From: Eledone cirrhosa
Lineage: Eukaryota
Assembly (NCBI GenBank): GCA_964016885.1
Contig: OZ024753.1
Location: forward strand, 42,098,001-42,162,000
Reading direction: 5' to 3'
DNA: 64,000 bases
The notes beneath the pieces were generated by a model. That model did not search any database and had not been told where the DNA came from. It saw only the letters and a program-made list of their open reading frames with translations. Positions 54,120 through 64,000 of the stretch are shown here, one piece after another (positions within the stretch are counted from its first letter, which is position 1; every line of letters starts with the position of its first letter). A program made the translations under genes and the position numbers.

Positions 54120-56460
54120 CATCATCATCATCATCATCATTTTACGTCCGCTTTTCCCTGCTTGCAAGGGTGGGACAGGTCTTATTCAGCACAGCATCTC
54201 TCCACTCGTCACGGTCCTTCGTCATCTCCACCGTGAGCTTCAATGATCTGAGGTCTGTTCTCACCACCTCCGCTCATGTTTTTTGTGGTCTATCTCTACC
54301 ACGTCTTCCTTCAACTGGCATTTCCTGGCACTTCTTCACCCATCGGTTATCCTCCATGCGCATCACATGTCCATACCACCTCAGTCTCCTCTCCCGTACA
54401 CTACATTCTATCCCTCTCAGACACAGTTTCTCTCTCCACACATTTATGCTGGGTCGTTCACGCACATTTACACTGCATATCCAACGGAGCATGCTTGCTT
54501 CATTTCCCTCCAGCCGTTGCATATCCTCTGCAATTGCTGCCCATGTCTCACTACCATGCAGCATCGTGTTCCTCACACAGGCATCATACAACCGGCCTTT
54601 CGTATGCAGGGAGAAACCCTTCTTCGTCAACAGAGGAAGCAGCTCCCTAAACTTCTTCCAACCCGTCCTTATTCTAGATACTATGGCTTCGGAACACCCT
54701 CCTCCCATGCTAATCTGATCTCCTAGGTACCGGAAGCTATCCACCACTTCTATAGCGCCCTCCTGCATTTGAAAAATGTGTCTATCAATGCGACTTCTAC
54801 TGTCTAATTTCCCTGTACATCTACTGCATACATATTTCTCCCTACCTGTTAGTTTGCCTGCTATCTCGCTACATCTCTTGTGTACCCAGGATCTGCATTG
54901 TGTGCATTTTATAGAATTTATGCCAGTTCCTTTTCTGCATATCGAACATGGCCATTTCCCTGATGGAATCAGGGTTTTGTCCTCTTTTCTACTCATCAAC
55001 ACTCTTGTCTTAGCTAGGTTCACTCTCAGTCCTCTTGCTTCCAACTGCTGTTTCCATAGCCAGAATTTATTCTTTAGCTCCTCTACTGATTCTGCTATAA
55101 GAACCAGATCGTCAGCATAGAGAAGTTCCCATGGACAGCCAGTCTTAAACTCCTCTGTTATGGCTTGGAGGACTATAATGAACAAGAGCGGGCTGAGGAC
55201 CGAACCCTGATGTACTCCTACTTGTATCTGGAATTCCTCACTAAACTCCATTCCTACCCTTACTTTACTGAGAGTACCTCTGTACAAAGTTTGCACTGTC
55301 CTCACAAGCCATTCCTCAACACCTAGCTTCCTTAGGGGCCAACAGATGACAGATTGGGGTACCCTATCAAAGGCCTTCTCTAGGTCAACAAAGGCTAAGT
55401 ATAGTGGCTTATTTTTCTCTAAGAACCTCTCTTGCAATTGTCTCACCAAGAAGAGGGCATCTGTTGTACTCATCCCAGGCACAAAACCAAACTGCATCTC
55501 ATCTAGTTTGACCCTTTCTCTAATTAGTTGTGCTAATATCCTTTCTGCCACTTTCATAACCTGATCTATCAGTTTTATACCCCTATAATTGCTCCTCTCC
55601 AGAGCATCCCCTTTACTTTTGTAGCAATTTATGAGAATACTGCTGCACCAGTCTTTGGGTATGACACCACCATATATAGCCTGATTGATGATGCGTGCAA
55701 CCAGTTTAGTGCCTACGTCCCCTGATGCCTTCAGCATCTCAGCAACTATTCCTGATGGTCCAGCAGCCTTACCATTTTTCATTTCCCTAATCGCCTCTTG
55801 GACCCTATATTCGTCAATCTCAATAGCTGGTCCCTCTGTCGGATCTACTAAGGGTAATTTCTCTCTCTCCCATTTGTTCTCCACATTCATCAGTCTCTCA
55901 TAATGACATTTCCAGGCCTCCTTTTTCTGATCATTCCGGACACATTTATCTCCAACAACATCCTGATTTGCATTGACACACTGCCTTGCAATGTGGAACA
56001 CTGCACGCTTCTGATCTTCCCGTCGCTGAACATTGGCAAACCTCCTACTCTCCGCCTCCCTGCGTGCTAAGTACACCTGACGTCTAGCTTCTCTCTTAGT
56101 GGCTGTATATTCTTCCCTACTCCCACCCTTTTCCCAAGCCTTTGCGTTAACAATAGTCAATGTACTCGCATCACAAAATTCAAGAAGTCTCACTCCTTCT
56201 TCATTTCTTGAGCCGTAACCGTGCCCACCATGTACCCCAGTGTAACCATCCTGGAGCTGTCCAACATGACCATTGAAGTCTCCTGCTAGCATAACGATGT
56301 CTCCGTCCTCTGTCATTGCGGTTGTTTGTAAAAGTTGCTCGTAAAAGCAGTCTTTCTCATCTTTGCCTAGGCCTGCTTGGGGAGCATAGGCCGAGATGAT
56401 TGTCAGTAGTCTCCTGCCTACAACTAATCTAAGCTTAATCATTCGATTACTAACTTGAAC
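54120..56460 (-). mobile_element. 5'-truncated RTE-clade LINE (partial APE endonuclease plus reverse transcriptase), inactivated
   Basis: EN motifs IISAYAPQ and [12 protein letters not shown] motifs [28 protein letters not shown] and YADD (55108-55119). RTE C-terminus [11 protein letters not shown]. (GAT)n tail at 54120-54140. Premature TGA at 54274-54276 where the 22732 copy has TGG. Confidence 0.95.
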
Positions 56461-56472
56461 TATATATATATA

Positions 56473-56609
56473 GCATAGCTCAAGCCGTTGAAACGGCTTG
56501 AGCTCTGCCGTCGGGGTCATACTTTTTCCTATTTCCCACTCTACTACCCTAAGTATTGAGTACTCTGGTGCGTTATGGTCCATCTGGTTCCTTACCGCAA
56601 TTCCTTTGT

Positions 56610-56610
<1 letters not shown>
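56473..56610 (+). mobile_element. Third copy with collapsed hairpin (56477-56504)
   Basis: AGCTCAAGCCGTT g AAACGGCTTGAGCT plus the same tail; TA repeats on both sides; abuts the RTE 5' truncation. Confidence 0.78.
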
Positions 56611-56677
<67 letters not shown>

Positions 56678-56691
56678 CACACACGTATGTA

Positions 56692-56738
<47 letters not shown>

Positions 56739-56741
56739 ATC

Positions 56742-56773
<32 letters not shown>

Positions 56774-56947
56774 CACACACACACGTCTGTGTGTGAAGTT
56801 ATAAAAAGATTTCGATCCAAATGATATAAGACAGTTATGGCTTAACTTACCATAGGTTAGTGATTGTGTGTATATATGTGTGTGTGTATGTAGTTGGGTG
56901 TATATGTATGTGTGTGTGTGAGTAGGTAGGTGTATATGTATCTGTGA

Positions 56948-56982
<35 letters not shown>

Positions 56983-57144
56983 TAGGTGGGTGTATATGTA
57001 TCTGAGTATGTGTGTGTGAGTAGGTGGGTATTTATGTGTGTGTATATGCATCTGTGAGTGTATGTGTGTGTGTCTGAGTAGGTGCATGTATATGTATGTG
57101 TGTGTGTGTGTATATATGTATGTGTGTGTGTGCATATGTATGTA

Positions 57145-57193
<49 letters not shown>

Positions 57194-57385
57194 TGCGTGT
57201 GTGTGTGTATATATATATATATATGTGTGTGTGTGTCTGTGTGTGTCTGGTCACTGTGTGTGTGTGACTGTTTATAGCCATGTAGGAGTGGTCTGGATTA
57301 AAAGCTCTTCAGTTGCTGCTATATACATACATAGAAAGTATTTCAGTTGACACAACAGCGTTAGCAGCAGATATATATATATATG

Positions 57386-57457
<72 letters not shown>

Positions 57458-57529
57458 GTTGTCATCAAGATTAGCAGCATGTATGTGTGTATGTGTGTGT
57501 GTGGCTAGTTATCTATGAATGCGTGGGTG

Positions 57530-58662
<1,133 letters not shown>

Positions 58663-58904
58663 GTGAGCGTGTGTGTATGTAATAGTGTTAAAAGCTACCA
58701 GAGATTGAGGCCAGTGAAGTATGAGAGTGAGGGAGAGGGGGAGAGTGAGGGGAGGGGGAGAGTGAGGGGGGGGGGGGGGAGTATGTAGGTCAATCTGCGT
58801 GGCTATGGCTATAGTATAGCCGCTTGTCATGTTGGTATGTAAAGAGGGACTGGATCAAATAATTGTTATAAACAGTAGTAAACAAGAGAGGTCCTTATGT
58901 TGTG

Positions 58905-61900
58905 AGCTGGGCTGGGTTGTGTTGTGCTGTGTTGGGCGGTGTTGGGCTGTGTTGGGCAGTGTTGGGCAGTGTTGGGCTGGGTTGTGTTGTGTTGTGTTGT
59001 GTTGTGTTGGGCTGTGTTGGGCAGTGTTGGGCAGTGTTGGGCTGGGTTGTGTTGTGTTGTGTTGTGTTGTGTTGGGCTGGGTTGTGTTGTGTTGTGTTGT
59101 GTTGTGTTGGGCTGGGTTGTGTTGGGCTGGGTTGTGTTGTGTTGGGTTGTGTTGTGTTGGGTTGTGTTGTGTTGGGCTGGGTTGTGTTGGGCTGGGCTTG
59201 GTTGTGTTGTGTTGTGTTGTGTTGGGCTGGGTTGTGTTGTGTTGGGCTGCGTTGTGTTGTGTTGGGCTGGGTTGTGCTGGGCTGGGTTGTGTTGTGTTGT
59301 GTTGTGTTGGGTTGTGTTGTGTTGTGTTGTGTTGGGCTGGGTTGTGTTGTGTTGGGCTGCGTTGTGTTGTGTTGGGCTGGGTTGTGCTGGGCTGGGTTGT
59401 GTTGTGTTGTGTTGTGTTGGGTTGTGTTGTGTTGTGTTGTGTTGGGCTGGGTTGTGTTGGGCTGGGTTGTGTTGTGTTGTGTTGTGTTGTGTTGGGCTGC
59501 GTTGTGTTGTGTTGTGTTGGGCTGCGTTGTGTTGTGTTGTGTTGTGTTGTGTTGGGTTGGGCTGTGTTGTGTTGTGTTGTGTTGTGTTGGGTTGGGTTGG
59601 GTTGGGTTGGGTTGGGTTGGGTTGGGTTGGGTTGGGTTGGGTTGGGTTGGGTTGGGTTGGGTTGTGTTGGGTTGGGTTGGGTTGGGTTGTGTTGGGTTGT
59701 GTTGGGTTGGGTTGGGTTGGGTTGGGTTGGGTTGGGTTGGGTTGGGTTGTGTTGTGTTGTGTTGTGTTGTGTTGTGTTGTGTTGGGCTGGGTTGTGTTGT
59801 GTTGTGTTGTGTTGTGTTGGGTTGTGTTGGGTTGGGTTGTGTTGTGTTGGGTTGGGTTGTGTTGTGTTGTGTTGTGTTGTGTTGTGTTGTGTTGAGCTGT
59901 GTTGTGTTGTGTTGTGTTGGGTTGGGTTGTGTTGTGTTGTGTTGTGTTGGGTTAGGTTGGGTTGGGTTGGGTTGTGTTGTGTTGTGTTGTGTTGTGTTGG
60001 GTTGTGTTGTGTTGTGTTGGGTTGTGTTGTGTTGTGTTGTGTTGTGTTGGGCTGGGTTGTGTTGGGTTGTGTTGTGTTGGGCTGGGTTGTGTTGTGTTGT
60101 GTTGTGTTGGGCTGGATTGTGTTGTGTTGTGTTGTGTTGGGCTGGGTTGTGTTGTGTTGTGTTGGGCTGGATTGTGTTGTGTTGTGTTGTGTTGGGCTGG
60201 GTTGTGTTGTGTTGTGTTGTGTTGGGCTGGGTTGTGTTGTGTTGTGTTGTGTTGGGCTGGGTTGTGTTGTGTTGTGTTGGGCTGGTTATATGTGGGATAC
60301 TGGGATATATTGTGGTAGTGTTTGTGTGGTGGTGTGGTGTTTGTGGCTGTGGTGGTGTTTGTGGTGTTGGTGATGTGGTGTGGATGGTGTGGTGTGGGTG
60401 GTGTGGTGTTGGTGGTGTGGTGTTGGTGGTGTGGTGTTGGTGGTGTGGTGTTGGTGGTGTGGTGTTGGTGGTGTGATGTTGGTGGTGTGGTGTTGGTGGT
60501 GTGGTGTTGGTGGTGTGGTGTTGGTGGTGTGGTGTTGGTGGCTGTGGTGTTGGTGGTGTGGTGTTGGTGGTGTGGTGTTGGTGGTGTGGTGTTGGTGTGG
60601 TGTTGGTGGTATGGTGTTGGTGGTATGGTGTTTGTGGTGTGGTGTTGGTGGTGTGGTGTTGGTGGTGTGGTGTTGGTGGTATGGTGTTGGTGGTATGGTG
60701 TTGGTGGTATGGTGTTGGTGGTGTGGTGTTGGTGGTGTGGTGTTGTGTTGGTGGTGTGGTGTTGGTGGTGTGGTGTTGGTGGTGTGGTGTTGGTGGTGTG
60801 GTGTTGGTTGTGTGGTGTTGGTGCGGTGGTGTTGGTGCGGTGGTGTTGGTGGTATGGTGTTAGTGGTGTGGTGTTGGTCGTGTGGTGGTGTGGTGTGGTG
60901 TTTGTGGTATGGTGTTGGTGATATGGTGTTGGTGGTGTTGGTGTTGTGGTGTTGGTGTTGTGGTGTTGGTGTTGTGGTGTTGGTGTTGTGGTGTTGGTGT
61001 TGTGGTGTTGGTGTTGTGGTGTTGGTGTTGTGGTGTTGGTGTTGTGTTGTGGTGTTGGTGGTGTGGTGTTGGTGGTGTGGTGTTGGTGGTGTGGTGTTGG
61101 TGTTGTGGTGTTGGTGTTGTGGTGTTGTGGTGTTGGTGTTGGTGTTGTGGTGTTGGTGTTGGTGTGGTGTTGGTGGTATGGTGTTTGTGGTGTGGTGTTG
61201 GTGGTATGGTGTTGGTGGTATGGTGTTGGTGGTATGGTGTTGGTGGTATGGTGTTGGTGGTGTGGTGTTGGTGGTGTGGTGTTGGTGGTGTGGTGTTGGT
61301 GGTGTGGTGTTGGTGCGGTGGTGTTGGTGGTATGGTGTTAGTGGTGTGGTGTTGGTGGTGTGGTGTTTGTGGTGTGGTGTTGGTGGTATGGTGTTTGTGG
61401 TGTGGTGTTGGTGGTGTTGGTGGTGTGGTGTTGGTGGTGTGGTGTTGGTGGTGTGGTGTTGGTGGTATGGTGTTGGTGGTGTGGTGTTTGTGGTGTGGTG
61501 TTTGTGGTATGGTGTTTGTGGTATGGTGTTGGTGGTGTGGTGTTTGTGGTATGGTGTTGGTGGTATGGTGTTGTGGTGTTGGTGTTGTGGTGTTGGTGTT
61601 GTGGTGTTGGTGTTGTGGTGTTGGTGGTGTGGTGTTGGTGGTGTGGTGTTGGTGGTGTGGTGTTGGTGTTGTGGTGTTGGTGTTGTGGTGTTGGTGTTGT
61701 GGTGTTGGTGTTGTGGTGTTGGTGTTGTGGTGTTGGTGTTGTGGTGTTGTGGTGTTGGTGTTGGTGTTGGTGTTGTGGTGTTGGTGTTGGTGTGGTGTTG
61801 GTGGTATGGTGTTGGTGGTGTGGTGTTGGTGGTATGGTGTTGGTGGTATGGTGTTGGTGGTGTGGTGTTGGTGGTGTGGTGTTGGTGGTGTGGTGTTGGT

Positions 61901-62880
61901 GGTGTGGTGTTGGTGTTGTGGTGTTGGTGTTGTGGTGTTGGTGTTGGTGGTGTGGTGTTGGTGGTGTGGTGTTGGTGGTGTGGTGTTGGTGTTGTGGTGT
62001 TGGTGTTGTGGTTGTGGTGTTGGTGTTGGTGGTGTGGTGTTGGTGGTGTGGTGTTGGTGGTGTGGTGTTGGTGGTGTGGTGTTGGTGTTGTGGTGTTGGT
62101 GTTGTGGTGTTGGTGTTGGTGTTGTGGTGTTGGTGTTGTGGTGTTGGTGGTGTGGTGTTGGTGGTGTGGTGTTGGTGGTGTGGTGTTGGTGTTGTGGTGT
62201 TGGTGTTGGTGGTGTGGTGTTGGTGGTGTGGTGTTGGTGGTGTGGTGTTGGTGGTGTGGTGTTTGTGGTATGGTGTTTGTGGTATGGTGTTTGTGGTATG
62301 GTGTTGGTGGTGTGGTGTTGGTGGTGTGGTGTTGGTGGTGTGGTGTTTGTGGTGTGGTGTTTGTGGTATGGTGTTTGTGGTATGGTGTTGGTGGTGTGGT
62401 GTTGGTGGTATGGTGTTGGTGGTATGGTGTTGGTGGTGTGGTGTTGGTGGTGTGGTGTTGGTGGTGTGGTGTTGGTGGTGTGGTGTTGGTGGTGTGGTGT
62501 TGGTGTTGTGGTGTTGGTGTTGTGGTGTTGGTGTTGGTGGTGTGGTGTTGGTGGTGTGGTGTTGGTGGTGTGGTGTTGGTGTTGTGGTGTTGGTGTTGTG
62601 GTGTTGGTGTTGTGGTGTTGGTGTTGGTGGTGTTGGTGTTGGTGGTGTTGGTGTTGGTGGTGTGGTGTTGGTGGTGTGGTGTTGGTGGTGTGGTGTTGGT
62701 GTTGTGGTGTTGGTGTTGTGGTGTTGGTGTTGTGGTGTTGGTGTTGGTGTTGTGGTGTTGGTGTTGTGGTGTTGGTGGTGTGGTGTTGGTGGTGTGGTGT
62801 TGGTGGTGTGGTGTTGGTGTTGTGGTGTTGGTGTTGTGGTGTTGTGGTGTTGGTGTTGGTGTTGTGGTGTTGGTGTTGTG
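58905..62880. repeat. 4-kb G/T-rich simple repeat: GTTGT/GTTGG/GCTGG pentamers (to ~60285), then 11-13-bp GGTGTGGTGTT(GGT) units
   Basis: Seen directly; explains all Cys/Val/Trp/Gly-rich ORFs here. Confidence 0.95.
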
Positions 62881-63209
62881 TTAAAAGCTCACACCTATGT
62901 AGGTTTTTAGCTGGCCTCCTACAAGATCAGATCGCATTCTCAGTTGCTTTAATAATAGCTGTCACAGTCCTATCATTAGATGTGTACATATATATGTGTG
63001 TATGTGTGTTTATATATATATATATTTGTACATTATTCTATGTACTATACTTGCACCTTTGATGAGTTGTAGTGCACCTGAGCACTGTACACAATTTTCA
63101 TTACTATTATTATACACACATCTGAAACAAAACATGTTAGATGACCATGTCTTGCTCATAAGTTCCATTCTGGCGTTTTTTCTACAGTTGGATGCCTTTC
63201 TTAAAAGCC

Positions 63210-63450
63210 AACCACTTTACAGAGTGTACTGGGTGCATGTTATCATGACATCAGCACTACCACTTTACAGTGTAGTGGGTATATGTTACCATGATACTAG
63301 CACTACCACTTTACAGAGTGTACTGGGTATATGTTACCATAACACTAGCACTACCACTTTACAGAGTGTACTGGGTATATGTTACCATGACACTAGCACT
63401 ACCACTTTACAGAGTGTACTGGGTACATGTTATCTACAGTACTACCACTT
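63210..63450. repeat. 48-bp minisatellite in an RTE-UTR-like fragment
   Basis: Unit CACTACCACTTTACAGAGTGTACTGGGTATATGTTACCATGACACTAG, preceded by TTTCTACAGTTGGATGCC. Confidence 0.8.
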
Positions 63451-64000
63451 ATTTAGATAACAATTGTTAAATGTGTCTTGTGAACAACTCTTTACAATCT
63501 GGTAATGATTCAGCAGAAAATATATAAATACAGGTTTGTTAATTGAAATGTTTGTAGTATCTTTAGTAGTGGACAGATTATTGTTCACAATATTAGAGTA
63601 AAGACTAACTTTTTTGCTATCAAACTGCCTGAAACCACCTCTAGTTTTGTTTGTTTTAAAGTTGTTTATGTTTTTCTACAAAGCTGTGTGTGTGTATGTG
63701 TACAATGAACCTCTGCCAGTTTCAACAATAAAAGTTCCCAGTTGGTCAAATGAAATAAATGTGTAAGTGGCTGAGCATTCCACAGACATGTGCTCCCTTA
63801 ACATAATTCTCAGGGAGATTCGTACACAATTTTACTTTGTTTAGTGAAACTAACAGTTATGGAAAATTGGTCTTGCAGCATCAGGAATATTTAAAATTGA
63901 ATGTGTGTGTGTCAGTGGTCCACCGTTTCCGACAATGAGTGTTCTAGCTATTTGATCAATAGGAACAACCTGTGTGTGAATTTAACATGCAAGTGGCTGA

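Noticed and set aside
56461-56820. N-terminal part of the 848-aa RT ORF
   Set aside because: Chance read-through across TA repeats and the hairpin element; RTE homology starts at about 56460.
59588-59747. Interstitial telomere
   Set aside because: The repeat is GGGTT, not TTAGGG or TTAGG, and grades into GTTGT pentamers.
58829-63062. Very long Cys/Val/Trp/Gly-rich ORFs
   Set aside because: Open in all plus frames only because the G/T simple repeat lacks stop codons.

Overview
This is AT-rich, microsatellite-dense animal DNA. The SINE, RTE and MITE repertoire looks cephalopod (octopus-like), which is my inference rather than a database match. The only host gene I can support is a Kruppel-like factor of the KLF6/7 (luna) subfamily on the minus strand. 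It has two coding exons (19459-18853 and 18548-18361) carrying three C2H2 fingers. I did not find its conserved first coding exon, so most of 19.5-64 kb is probably one very long intron. The rest is transposon debris: a 2.3-kb 5'-truncated RTE LINE and many RTE 3' ends, tRNA-derived SINEs with TSDs, TTAA piggyBac-type MITEs, a hAT element, a Helitron, mariner/Tigger MITEs, many minisatellites and a 4-kb G/T-rich simple repeat. The most interesting signal is a set of short non-coding elements, mostly beside (TA)n tracts, that carry hammerhead-ribozyme cores and/or long fold-back palindromes. One family folds back at what would be ribozyme stem II, and another element is a 615-bp partial tandem. 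Together they resemble Penelope-like or retrozyme-like non-autonomous retroelements. Almost all long ORFs in the supplied track are simple-repeat artefacts.
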